A stretch of DNA of 35,419 bases, taken from a virus (lineage: Duplodnaviria > Caudoviricetes). The DNA is taken from the IMG/VR virus record IMGVR_UViG_3300032275_000010, positions 1 through 35,419 of that record; one strand, written 5' to 3'. Below are positions 9,019-16,873 of this stretch, one piece after another. How positions within the stretch are numbered: position 1 is the stretch's first letter; each line of letters opens with the position of its first letter. A model generated the notes under the pieces. It worked only from the letters and a program-made list of their open reading frames with translations, had not been told where the DNA came from and made no database searches. The position numbers were made by a program, and so were the translations under genes.

Positions 9019-9248
9019 TCTTCCGTCCGCCCAGAGCCATCACACGATGAGCATTTAACCCGTACACCTACGGCACCCATGCAACCGACGCCACCGCATT
9101 CCTCGCTGCGAGATTTACCGCAGCACATGGGCCGCAGCTCGTAACCATCGCCTCCGCACGACTGGCAAAGCACCGAAACGCGCGCGCGGACAGGACTGAG
9201 TTGAGAATGATTCGCATTACCATTAGCACTTAAATTTTCTAAGCTCAT
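9015..9248 (-). CDS. Small Cys-rich zinc-finger-like protein
   Basis: CxxCxGxG motifs ('CQSCGGDG', 'CSSCDGSG'), coupled by overlaps. Confidence 0.55.
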   Translation of the reverse strand: MSLENLSANGNANHSQLSPVRARVSVLCQSCGGDGYELRPMCCGKSRSEECGGVGCMGAVGVRVKCSSCDGSGRTEE

Positions 9249-9490
9249 GATTTAATTAACTTTCCAAAATTGAACACTTCTTCTCGTTTTGTTTTCCATG
9301 CCTCTTCGACATTTTGCCGGATGATTGCCGCCTGAATCTTACCGCAATGTCGCTCAACATACGCCAAATTGATGTTTCTGTGCGTTTTTGTTGGTGCACT
9401 GAGCACAAACCTGGTCAAGCAACATTCGTTTCCGAAATCGTAAATCCCGAGGTTTTTTTTGCAGTCTGCGCAAGGTTCTAGTTTTGTCAT
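9245..9490 (-). CDS. Hypothetical protein
   Basis: 81 aa, CxxC...CC, ATGA overlaps on both sides. Confidence 0.6.
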   Translation of the reverse strand: MTKLEPCADCKKNLGIYDFGNECCLTRFVLSAPTKTHRNINLAYVERHCGKIQAAIIRQNVEEAWKTKREEVFNFGKLIKS

Positions 9491-10431
9491 AAATCGCGGC
9501 TCACACCGTAATCTTTGGTTGCGTAATCCTCGACTGGCAGGCGCTTGGCGGGTTTTGGCGGTGATCTGATAATACTGTCCATGAGGCCCGAGTTAACTGC
9601 TTGGTATGAGCCGTCTTTCGAACGGCGATCCCTGGCAATTTCAAGCGCTTCCAGCAATTTCTTGTCGCTGATACCGGCAAGCGCCCATTGGCGAACATGC
9701 GGATTGCTGGCTGAATTGATCGGCGGAGCGGCTTTGTGGAGCAAAATCACAATTTCGACGGCTCGTTTAGTGATTGCAGATTCTGACTTATCAATGTCTG
9801 TTAAGGTTGACGGGGAATTTTCCTCTGGAAGCGTTGATTTTAGGAGGTTGTTATTTTCAGGTTTCGTCGTCGTTTGGATAAGTGGTTTTATATGCTCTGT
9901 ATCTGTATCTGTATCTGATGTCCGTGACGTTACGGTAAGATTGTTTTTTTGTATCGTAACATCTTGATTTTGTTCAATTATAATTTTTTCGTTTACCGTT
10001 ACATTTTCGTTACTGTCACGAACTGTCACGCTCATGTCACGATTTGTCACGCGTGACATAGAGTTATCCACAGGACTGTTGCCTGCTTCTTTTGCGAGTT
10101 TTTCCAGTTTTTTAGCTCTGAATCGTCTTTGTCTTTCTGCCGCCGTTGGGTCTTTTTTGTCGCTGATAAACTGTCTTTTATTCCATCCATTTATTGATCC
10201 ATCAGGGAGTAATAAATTGCGATCTATCAATTCAGCTTTTGTTTGCATATAGTCGTTATAGGTTATACGTAAGGAAAGGGCGATTTCGTCGTCAGGACGT
10301 GAAATGTAATATTCTGCGCACTGCAGGCACAGCAACATAACGTAACGCCGCTGTAATATTTCTGAGAGCACCTGCACCTTGGGATCGCTTGCAAATTCTG
10401 CATACATGCGGAACCATTGATTAGTGGACAT
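9487..10431 (-). CDS. Phage replication initiator (lambda O-like/replisome organizer)
   Basis: 'WFRMYAEFASDPKVQ', 'GWNKRQFISD...AAERQRRFR' and 'DTDTDTE' linker. Contains iterons. Confidence 0.85.
   Translation of the reverse strand: MSTNQWFRMYAEFASDPKVQVLSEILQRRYVMLLCLQCAEYYISRPDDEIALSLRITYNDYMQTKAELIDRNLLLPDGSINGWNKRQFISDKKDPTAAERQRRFRAKKLEKLAKEAGNSPVDNSMSRVTNRDMSVTVRDSNENVTVNEKIIIEQNQDVTIQKNNLTVTSRTSDTDTDTEHIKPLIQTTTKPENNNLLKSTLPEENSPSTLTDIDKSESAITKRAVEIVILLHKAAPPINSASNPHVRQWALAGISDKKLLEALEIARDRRSKDGSYQAVNSGLMDSIIRSPPKPAKRLPVEDYATKDYGVSRDL
9920..10072. other. Putative replication origin (iterons, AT-rich tract, DnaA box)
   Basis: TGTCACG at 10014, 10024, 10035 and 10045, with an inverted copy at 10052. 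TTATCCACA at 10064-10072. AT-rich tract at ~9937-9990. Confidence 0.75.
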
Positions 10432-10684
10432 AGTTTTCACCTTCCAGACCATAATAGATATGTAGATTAGGCCCGTATATTGCTGGATCAACCGATCCTG
10501 ACGATTCAAGATCAATGAATGCGATTATTTCTTTTTGATTTTGTTTTGCCCATTCAAGCAGCTTGGTAGGGAAATAATTTTCAGGTGTATTGTGTACCGT
10601 AGTAAATACAAGATGATTATTTTCATCTACGCCAATCCAGCAACCACGACGCCTTAATCCCAGGACAACATCGCTTGCGTTCAT
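10421..10684 (-). CDS. Small protein, TubC N-terminal docking-domain-like
   Basis: 'MNASDVVLGLRRRGCWIGVDENNHL...LLEWAKQNQKEIIAFI' pattern. Overlaps the start of the initiator gene. Confidence 0.55.
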   Translation of the reverse strand: MNASDVVLGLRRRGCWIGVDENNHLVFTTVHNTPENYFPTKLLEWAKQNQKEIIAFIDLESSGSVDPAIYGPNLHIYYGLEGENYVH

Positions 10685-10849
10685 ATAAACCCTTTTTGAA
10701 TCCCACAAAACAAGGTCAAATTTCCCCGAAAGTTCTGGCTAGCAGCTAATTGTAGGGTCTTGAGATATGGGATTCGTAAAAGATTCATTCTACTTTTTTC
10801 TTTCGTTTGGGCATTTTGACGGCCAGAACTGAAATCTAATCCATATCCA

Positions 10850-11038
10850 CTATTGTTGCAAGGGCGATTTCAATTTGTGCTGCTTTTTTAAAGCAGATTC
10901 GATCAGCACAGCCTGGCTCTCCGGCTGGACGCGCATCCATTCCACTAGCCAGCGGGGCAATTTGTACCCTACTGGTACCTTGACCAGTCGCGGGTCAATT
11001 GGGGGGCGACCAGCCCCATCACGTTTCCCGCCGCTCAT
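10850..11038 (-). CDS. Ribbon-helix-helix-like DNA-binding protein
   Basis: 'GGKRDGAGRPP' arm followed by 'VPVGYKLPRWLVEWM...QAVLIESAL'. Confidence 0.7.
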   Translation of the reverse strand: MSGGKRDGAGRPPIDPRLVKVPVGYKLPRWLVEWMRVQPESQAVLIESALKKQHKLKSPLQQ

Positions 11039-11277
11039 TGAGATACCGGAGCCAACATTAGTTTGAATACTGCATCATCAATTGCGAGTTGCAATTTTTC
11101 ATCCGCAATTTTTCGTGCAGCTAAAATGTTTCCATAGCTGCCCGTGTACTCCGCATTGTCAATTTCAACCCGATGGTTTTGGTGCGCCAGAGCCATCATG
11201 TTGCAATAGTTATTGCGGTCAATCTCGCACACGGAATCAAAATGTTTTGTTATTTGCTGGGCTGTGTAGTTTTTCAT
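11035..11277 (-). CDS. Hypothetical protein
   Basis: GAGG RBS, ATGA overlaps with both neighbours. Confidence 0.65.
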   Translation of the reverse strand: MKNYTAQQITKHFDSVCEIDRNNYCNMMALAHQNHRVEIDNAEYTGSYGNILAARKIADEKLQLAIDDAVFKLMLAPVSQ

Positions 11278-11495
11278 TCCCCATCCTCCTCGCGTTTTGC
11301 CTGAGCCTCATCACGGGCGCGCTGCTCGTAGTCAATTGGGTTTGCTACCAAAAATTTAAAATCTTTTTCGATTTTTGCAAACGTCATTTCATCATCGCCC
11401 CTATCAACACCGGAATTTACGCGATCTAGGTATGCCCGCAACATGCGGTTGTATTGCAATGTACCTGCTGATTTCCAACTATCTGTATTTGCCAT
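11274..11495 (-). CDS. Hypothetical protein
   Basis: AGGAG RBS before ATG at 11495, downstream of a sigma70-like promoter. Confidence 0.65.
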   Translation of the reverse strand: MANTDSWKSAGTLQYNRMLRAYLDRVNSGVDRGDDEMTFAKIEKDFKFLVANPIDYEQRARDEAQAKREEDGE

Positions 11496-11543
11496 GTTCG
11501 CTGCTCCTGTTTTCGGTTCGCGCCAATCGCTAACCATGAATAC

Positions 11544-11572
11544 AGTCTAGCCTGTTATTTAATTATCGTCAA
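11544..11572 (-). promoter_or_regulatory. Sigma70-like promoter
   Basis: TTGACG-17 bp-TAGACT on the minus strand. Confidence 0.7.
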
Positions 11573-11607
11573 TACCTAAATCAAAATATATTTTCATCGA
11601 AATACGG

Positions 11608-11674
11608 GCATAACCAGTCAATCCAGCGGGACTAGCCGATAAAGCTTGGCTAGATGGTTAACTTTACGTTAGGG
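11608..11674 (+). mobile_element. attC-like site A1
   Basis: GCATAAC ... CTAGCC/GGCTAG stem ... TTAACTTTAC-GTTAGGG. L-box pairing is imperfect. Confidence 0.7.
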
Positions 11675-11871
11675 CGCAAGTATGCAGTACACCGGATAAT
11701 CACTTGCCCTTCCGTAGTTGTGCCGATCACGGGCATTGTTTCAAACTCCATGTGGCTGCAATTTGCGTTTACCCATATACATGTCGCGCACATCCCGCCT
11801 TTCGGTTGATAGCATTCGCGCTCTAACTTTACATTCAAGCGGAGCGCGTTTAACGTGGTTCCTTCAGTCAT
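11650..11871 (-). CDS. Cassette-borne Cys-rich hypothetical protein
   Basis: GAGG RBS and ATG lie inside attC A2. Contains 'YQPKGGMCATC'. Ends PNVKLTI inside A1. Confidence 0.75.
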   Translation of the reverse strand: MTEGTTLNALRLNVKLERECYQPKGGMCATCIWVNANCSHMEFETMPVIGTTTEGQVIIRCTAYLRPNVKLTI

Positions 11872-11907
11872 AATTTTTCCTCGCGCCCGCTTAATTCCAC
11901 GTTAGTC
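11821..11907 (+). mobile_element. attC-like site A2
   Basis: CTCTAAC-tttac-ATTCAAGCGGAGCGCG ... CGCGCCCGCTTAAT-tccac-GTTAGTC, with the extrahelical TT(C)AA/TTAA asymmetry of aadA-type attC. Confidence 0.85.
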
Positions 11908-12054
11908 CCTGCCATCTGATTCTTCTGTAAAATGTTTTCCATCATGCCAGTAAACATTAATTGTTACCCTTGCTCTCATGTTCTTTGCAATCCATTCGAC
12001 AAAATATGAAATTAAATTTTCCAAGCTTGGTGGTGGTATAAAAAGTTTTGACAT
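11902..12054 (-). CDS. Cassette-borne 50-aa protein (not in ORF track)
   Basis: AAGGAG RBS. MSKLFIPPPSLENLISYFVEWIAKNMRARVTINVYWHDGKHFTEESDGRD, with the TAA stop inside the GTTA core of A2. Confidence 0.7.
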   Translation of the reverse strand: MSKLFIPPPSLENLISYFVEWIAKNMRARVTINVYWHDGKHFTEESDGRD

Positions 12055-12078
12055 TCAGCTATCTCCTTTATCATTCCG

Positions 12079-12141
12079 AGCTAACCCGGCGTTCAACCAG
12101 ACCGCCCAACAGCGGGGCGGCTGGTTAACTCTACGTTAGAG
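12079..12141 (+). mobile_element. attC-like site A3
   Basis: AGCTAAC-ccggc-GTTCAACCAGACCGCCC-aacagcg-GGGCGGCTGGTTAAC-tctac-GTTAGAG, a textbook 63-bp attC layout. Confidence 0.9.
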
Positions 12142-12147
12142 CGCATG

Positions 12148-12363
12148 TTAAACTTTTGTATTGTCCATTGCCCTTATAACGCAGGAACGTATAGCCTGCT
12201 TTGCAATGTCTTTGCCCTGGCTGAATACCAAATCAAGCGCATTGCTCAACATGTGGTAATCAGCGAAGCATTGAAGTCGAATAGAAAAATCCATCCCTTC
12301 AATCTTAAATTTAGCAATTCCATTTTCATTTTCTATATTGCCTATCCATTCGCTTCGGTACAT
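12148..12363 (-). CDS. Cassette-borne hypothetical protein
   Basis: GGAGAG RBS before ATG at 12363. Lies between A3 and A4. Confidence 0.65.
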   Translation of the reverse strand: MYRSEWIGNIENENGIAKFKIEGMDFSIRLQCFADYHMLSNALDLVFSQGKDIAKQAIRSCVIRAMDNTKV

Positions 12364-12386
12364 AGTCTCTCCGTTGTAAAGTTGCG

Positions 12387-12436
12387 CTTTAACCCATCGG
12401 TGAAGCGGGAGCCGCAAAAGCGCGGCCCTTAATTTA
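12387..12436 (+). mobile_element. Truncated attC-like site A4
   Basis: CTTTAAC-ccatc-GGTGAAGCGGGAGCCGC-aaaagc-GCGGCCCTTAA. Resembles B3 but lacks the final GTT. Confidence 0.65.
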
Positions 12437-12760
12437 CTTCTGCTTCGCTGCCATCAGTTTACGGTAGCAAGTCCATCTGTGCCCGTATCCATTGTCTAGC
12501 ATCCACACCATTAAACGCATCTGGTCTATCGGATTTTTCCATCGAAGCCGCGGCATTTTTGCCAGTACTTTCATTTCATTAAATGTTGCTTTTTGAAACT
12601 GAGCAATTCCCACACTGATACCGCCTGGCCCATCTGCATCATCGCCAACTGCGTTATATCTACCACCAGATTCACATTCGATAATATCAACCATCAGGCT
12701 TGCATCCATTGCTTGCGCGTCAAAACAAAATAACGTACAACAGATGATTAATATTCGCAT
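12434..12760 (-). CDS. Lytic transglycosylase/SLT-like protein with signal peptide
   Basis: 'IIECESGG' catalytic Glu motif, 'GIAQF', C-terminal 'WTC', and a hydrophobic N-terminus ending AQA. Confidence 0.75.
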   Translation of the reverse strand: MRILIICCTLFCFDAQAMDASLMVDIIECESGGRYNAVGDDADGPGGISVGIAQFQKATFNEMKVLAKMPRLRWKNPIDQMRLMVWMLDNGYGHRWTCYRKLMAAKQK

Positions 12761-12773
12761 GTCGTCCCCTTGT

Positions 12774-13130
12774 TTATTCAGCGCCAACAATCCGCTGCTT
12801 TATGTAACTTTTATTTGTGCGGATATTATCAATTTCTTTTATTGTGTGGATGCAACTTTTTGGCACTGATTTTAAAATAAATTGCATGTGTTGCAGCATC
12901 TCCAAGTCACGCTCAACATATAACCCTAATCCTGCCTTGTTAATTTTTATCTTCTTGATTTTTTCTTTGCGGGCATATTCGCTTGATATTTTTTGCGCGT
13001 ACCCTTTCGATATATTGTATTTTTCTGCCAACTGAGCTGAGGTCATGCCGCGTTTTGAATCCGCAATTATTTTAATATTACGCTCGGATAGCGGGCGACC
13101 ATTCTGGTTTCCTGTCTTTTGATAACTCAT
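12774..13130 (-). CDS. HTH DNA-binding protein
   Basis: 'ERNIKII...GMTSAQLAEKYNISKGYAQKI'. Confidence 0.65.
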   Translation of the reverse strand: MSYQKTGNQNGRPLSERNIKIIADSKRGMTSAQLAEKYNISKGYAQKISSEYARKEKIKKIKINKAGLGLYVERDLEMLQHMQFILKSVPKSCIHTIKEIDNIRTNKSYIKQRIVGAE

Positions 13131-13891
13131 AATTTTCCCCTACCTGATTCCCAATCAAAAACAATGCACTTTCCACCATCTTCACGCAGCCTATCAAATA
13201 TCCGATCGCCAAGTATAGGCCTAATTTCATCAGCTGAAAAATTTGATAACAGCAGACACGGCAAGCGTTTTTCGTAACGCTCATTTAATACATCAAACAA
13301 TAGATTGCGCTCAAATTCAGTGCCGAATTGCACCCCGATTTCGTCCAGTATCAGCAGATCAGGACTGACCAGCAGTCGGATTACATCGCTTTCCGACTCG
13401 ACAGAATCCTTGGCCCACGAATCCTTGATACGCCGGATCGCACGCTGGGCAGTAATGAACAGAGCCAACTTGCCAGTTTTCATAATTTCGATTGCGATGC
13501 CATTCGCCATGTGAGTTTTGCCGGTGCCAGGCTTGCCACAGAATATCGCGCTGCGCCCAGTTTTGAGCACTTCATCAAACTGTGCTACATACGTCCTGCA
13601 GAACGATAGGGCGCGCTTCTGCCCGTCATTGTCGGCGCGATAGGTATCCAGTGTCCGGCCTGCGAAACGTTCAGGGATCGCAGCCATGCACAGCTTGCGC
13701 CGCCATTCTGCACCGCGCTTAATTACTTCTTGCCGAAGCTGGGCAGCAATATCTGCTTTTTTCTGCTCGCTTGAGCATACTGGACACTTAGACCAGACAT
13801 TCGCAAATAAATTATGACTTGTAAATATGCCATGTGCAATGCAAGAATTTTGTCTATCTGCTTTACGACTAAATAATGGTTGCATGATCAC
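13127..13891 (-). CDS. DnaC/IstB-like AAA+ helicase loader
   Basis: N-terminal 'CIAHG...CPVC', Walker A GKPGTGKT, Walker B LLILDEIG, 'LGDRIFDRLRE' and 'FDWES'. Confidence 0.92.
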   Translation of the reverse strand: MIMQPLFSRKADRQNSCIAHGIFTSHNLFANVWSKCPVCSSEQKKADIAAQLRQEVIKRGAEWRRKLCMAAIPERFAGRTLDTYRADNDGQKRALSFCRTYVAQFDEVLKTGRSAIFCGKPGTGKTHMANGIAIEIMKTGKLALFITAQRAIRRIKDSWAKDSVESESDVIRLLVSPDLLILDEIGVQFGTEFERNLLFDVLNERYEKRLPCLLLSNFSADEIRPILGDRIFDRLREDGGKCIVFDWESGRGKL

Positions 13892-14094
13892 TCCAGATTA
13901 TGTTTAACCACGAGCTTGAGCAGGCTTACGACCAGGCTATATGCACAGTCCGGAGCATTGCCTGATGACAATCGGCTGATGGTTGATTGTGTTACCCCTA
14001 CTTTATGCGCGATGTAGGCTTGTGAATAGCCTGCCTTACTCAGCTTACCGATTAGTAAACGCGGGTGAATCGGAACTACTTTAATAATTGTCAT
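13888..14094 (-). CDS. Cro-like XRE HTH regulator
   Basis: 'SQAYIAHKVGVTQSTISRL'. AGGAGG RBS before ATG at 14094. First gene of the leftward early operon. Confidence 0.8.
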   Translation of the reverse strand: MTIIKVVPIHPRLLIGKLSKAGYSQAYIAHKVGVTQSTISRLSSGNAPDCAYSLVVSLLKLVVKHNLE

Positions 14095-14119
14095 TGCTAA
14101 ACCTCCTGAAAGTAGCTGC

Positions 14120-14148
14120 ACTATAAACATGTTTTTTATGCAATGCAA
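14120..14148 (-). promoter_or_regulatory. Leftward sigma70-like early promoter
   Basis: TTGCAT-17 bp-TATAGT on the minus strand. Confidence 0.6.
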
Positions 14149-14158
14149 CATATTTATG

Positions 14159-14192
14159 TTGACAGCGCATAATGCGGGGACGCATAATGCGG
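14159..14192 (+). promoter_or_regulatory. Rightward sigma70-like early promoter with two operator-like repeats
   Basis: TTGACA-18 bp-CATAAT. CGCATAATGCGG (palindromic CGCAT-A-ATGCG) occurs at 14166 and 14181. Confidence 0.7.
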
Positions 14193-14255
14193 CTGCAATA
14201 ACGCAACACACTGATCCGCGCTAATTAAACGCCACGTAATCAAAGGAGCAATAAA

Positions 14256-14495
14256 ATGAAAAACTATATGACAGAAGTTGCAATAATTGAAAATGCTACC
14301 GTGTACGAGGAAAAGATTTTTGATAACGGTAGCCGTTATGAATACCGTTATTTCGGGAAGGATGCAGACCTCGTGGGCAAGCGTGCTTTACGAGCAAAAG
14401 AAAAGATTGACCCGTATCGCTCTCCCAGCCTATCACCTGTTACACCGTTCCTCGACGGTTATTCATGTATTTTAAAATTTTACGGATTGGACTAG
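14256..14495 (+). CDS. Hypothetical early protein
   Basis: AAGGAG RBS, first ORF after the rightward promoter. Confidence 0.7.
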   Translation: MKNYMTEVAIIENATVYEEKIFDNGSRYEYRYFGKDADLVGKRALRAKEKIDPYRSPSLSPVTPFLDGYSCILKFYGLD

Positions 14496-14498
14496 GCT

Positions 14499-14864
14499 AT
14501 GACAAAATTCGAACTTGCAAAAAAGTCAGCAGAATTCGCCTCAATGCTTGACGATGAAAAAAATACTTTGCAGCCATTGGACAAATCAATTGCGCAATGG
14601 TTGGTAAATCAAATCCATTTTTTTGCAGAAAATATTGCCGGTAATCGTTCAAACGAAATTTATTGTCCCGATGATACGCAGACTGCGATTACTGAAATTG
14701 CAATGCTTGAGCAGTACTTGGAGATGTTGAAAAAAACAACACAATCATTTCTGGAATGGCAGCATAAATTTGAAACTGAAATGATTAATCCATTATTGGC
14801 TAAGTGCGCGGTACTAATGGCCGGACAGTGTACATGCAGCGATATTGACGAGGTGAAGAAATGA
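14499..14864 (+). CDS. Hypothetical protein
   Basis: In operon, ATGA overlap with the next gene. Confidence 0.65.
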   Translation: MTKFELAKKSAEFASMLDDEKNTLQPLDKSIAQWLVNQIHFFAENIAGNRSNEIYCPDDTQTAITEIAMLEQYLEMLKKTTQSFLEWQHKFETEMINPLLAKCAVLMAGQCTCSDIDEVKK

Positions 14865-15790
14865 AAATAGGAATCTTCAGTATCCCGTCAGAGCAGTATC
14901 ATGCTGACGATCTGGGCGATGTGCCGACGCTCTCATGCAGCCTATCTAAAATTCTGCTAAATAACACGCCATCGCATGCAATGATGGCGCACCCCCGGCT
15001 TAATGCTGCTTACAAGCCCAAAGAATCGGGCCGGTTTGACATCGGCACCGCCGCGCATGCTGCGCTGCTGGAGGGACTAGACATCATAACCGTATGCGAC
15101 TTTCCAGACTGGCGCACAAAAGCCGCACAGGCCGCAAGGGATGATGCCTATGCGCTGGGAAAAACACCGCTATTGCCTGACCAGTATCAGCAAGTTCAGG
15201 ATATGTGTACATCGGCCAAGCTGGCAATTACGCGCTGCGCTGATCTGAGTAGGTTGCAGCTATCGCAGGGAAAACCTGAGCAGACTATATTGTGGATCGA
15301 CCCAACCGGTGCACATTGCCGCGCTCGGACTGACTGGCTGCACGACGATCGATCATTGATCATTGATTACAAAACTACGGACATTAAAAACCCTGTGGCC
15401 TGGATGCGTGCGATACCCGGCAATGGCTACGATGTGCAGGCAGCATTTTACAAGCGCGGGGTTAAAGCCGTGACTGGCAATGATCCTGACTTTGTGTTTT
15501 TCGTGCAGGAAACAGACGCGCCGTATAATTGCTATTTCGTCGGCATGCCGCCCGTCTATCTCGAAATCGGGGAATTAAAAGTGCAGGCCGCAATGACAAA
15601 GTGGGTGGAATGTCTGCGCACAAATACATGGCCCGGTTATCCCTCGCGCATTATGTACCCTGACCCTGCATCCTGGGTGATGGCAGAGGCTGAAGAACTA
15701 GCGGCAGAAATGGAAAGTGGGCTTATGTTGTACGATCCGCATGCGCCAGGTGCGAAGGAAAATTTCCTATTCGGAAAAGTATCAGATTAA
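14861..15790 (+). CDS. RecE/exonuclease VIII-like PD-(D/E)XK nuclease
   Basis: 'IGTAAHAALLE', 'CRARTDWL', 'IIDYKTT' and 'YDVQAAFY'. Confidence 0.88.
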   Translation: MKIGIFSIPSEQYHADDLGDVPTLSCSLSKILLNNTPSHAMMAHPRLNAAYKPKESGRFDIGTAAHAALLEGLDIITVCDFPDWRTKAAQAARDDAYALGKTPLLPDQYQQVQDMCTSAKLAITRCADLSRLQLSQGKPEQTILWIDPTGAHCRARTDWLHDDRSLIIDYKTTDIKNPVAWMRAIPGNGYDVQAAFYKRGVKAVTGNDPDFVFFVQETDAPYNCYFVGMPPVYLEIGELKVQAAMTKWVECLRTNTWPGYPSRIMYPDPASWVMAEAEELAAEMESGLMLYDPHAPGAKENFLFGKVSD

Positions 15791-15808
15791 TTTTTTAACC
15801 CAAGGAGC

Positions 15809-16873
15809 ATGAAAATGACACAAGAATTGACTCTCCCTGAACGCGCAGCACTTGCGCTTAAAGGAAACGATGCAGAATTGATTGAACTTGCAAAAAAATC
15901 ATCTGACATTAAGTCCATCGAAAATAATGCTGGCTATCAGCAAGCGCAGTCATGCCGGATGGTGCTGCGTAATACTCGCACGAACCTGGAAAAACGCGGC
16001 AAAGAAGCCCGCGAAGATGCGCAATTATTTTCAAAGGCAATTATAGCCGAAGAAAAAAGACTGATCGACCTGATCCGTCCAGAGGAGGTACGGCTCGACT
16101 CTATTCAGGCCGCATGGGATTCAAAAATTGAAGCTGAAAAGCAGGCCAAAATCGATGCTGAAAATAATCGCAAAGCAGCGCTTGAAGAGCGCATAATTGC
16201 GCTGGATGCGAATCTGCAATTTGGTGATGATTCAAAAATTATTCAGCGCAAGATTGACCACATATCGCAAATCGATGTTGATGCCAGCTTCCAGGAGCGC
16301 CGCGAAGAAGCTGCAGAAAAGCAAAAAAATTCACTGGCAGAACTTCGCGCCGCGCTCGAAACTGTGACTGAACAGGAAGAAGTCCATGCAATGCGTGAAG
16401 CCGCACGGGTTAAGGCAGAGCAAGAGGCAGCGGAGCAACGCGCTGTTGCAGAGAAAGCGGCACGCGAAACCGCCAGAATCCAGGCTGAAGCGAATGCAGA
16501 AAAAGAAAAGCAACTTGCACTACAACGCGCTGCCGAAGAAGAAAAGGCGCAGGCACAGCGCAAAATTGAACAGGAACAACAAGCGGCAGAGCGCGCTGCC
16601 AGGGTAAAGGCGGAACAGGAAGCGGCTGCATTACGGGCTGAATTAAGCGCGGCAGCAGCACGCGCCAATGCAGAAAAAGCCGCGGTCCTCGAACAAGAAC
16701 GCCGCGCCGCTGCCGCCCCTGACAAGGAACGCATGCTGACTTATGCGGATTCATTGCTTGCGCTCACCGTCCCGGCAATGTCTACGCCGGCAGGCCATGA
16801 GGCTGCTCTCGGCATTGAGCAGGCAGTATTGAGCCTGCATAAACGCATCGTAGCAAAGGCAGGGGAACTATGA
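15809..16873 (+). CDS. Coiled-coil protein of the recombination module
   Basis: Ala/Glu/Lys/Gln-rich helical protein between the RecE-like and Sak4-like genes. Confidence 0.7.
   Translation: MKMTQELTLPERAALALKGNDAELIELAKKSSDIKSIENNAGYQQAQSCRMVLRNTRTNLEKRGKEAREDAQLFSKAIIAEEKRLIDLIRPEEVRLDSIQAAWDSKIEAEKQAKIDAENNRKAALEERIIALDANLQFGDDSKIIQRKIDHISQIDVDASFQERREEAAEKQKNSLAELRAALETVTEQEEVHAMREAARVKAEQEAAEQRAVAEKAARETARIQAEANAEKEKQLALQRAAEEEKAQAQRKIEQEQQAAERAARVKAEQEAAALRAELSAAAARANAEKAAVLEQERRAAAAPDKERMLTYADSLLALTVPAMSTPAGHEAALGIEQAVLSLHKRIVAKAGEL

Noticed and set aside
11429-11440. GGTATGCCCGCA, a 10/12 match to the expected partner of attC A1's left end
   Set aside because: It lacks the GTT core and lies mid-ORF, so it is probably chance.
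12145-12432. Plus-strand 95-aa ORF that would make this cassette canonical in orientation
   Set aside because: No clear RBS. The minus-strand ORF has a GGAGAG RBS and matches the operon direction. Not formally excluded without expression data.
16400-16640. Repeated 'ARVKAEQEAA' sequence
   Set aside because: Ordinary internal duplication within a low-complexity coiled coil.
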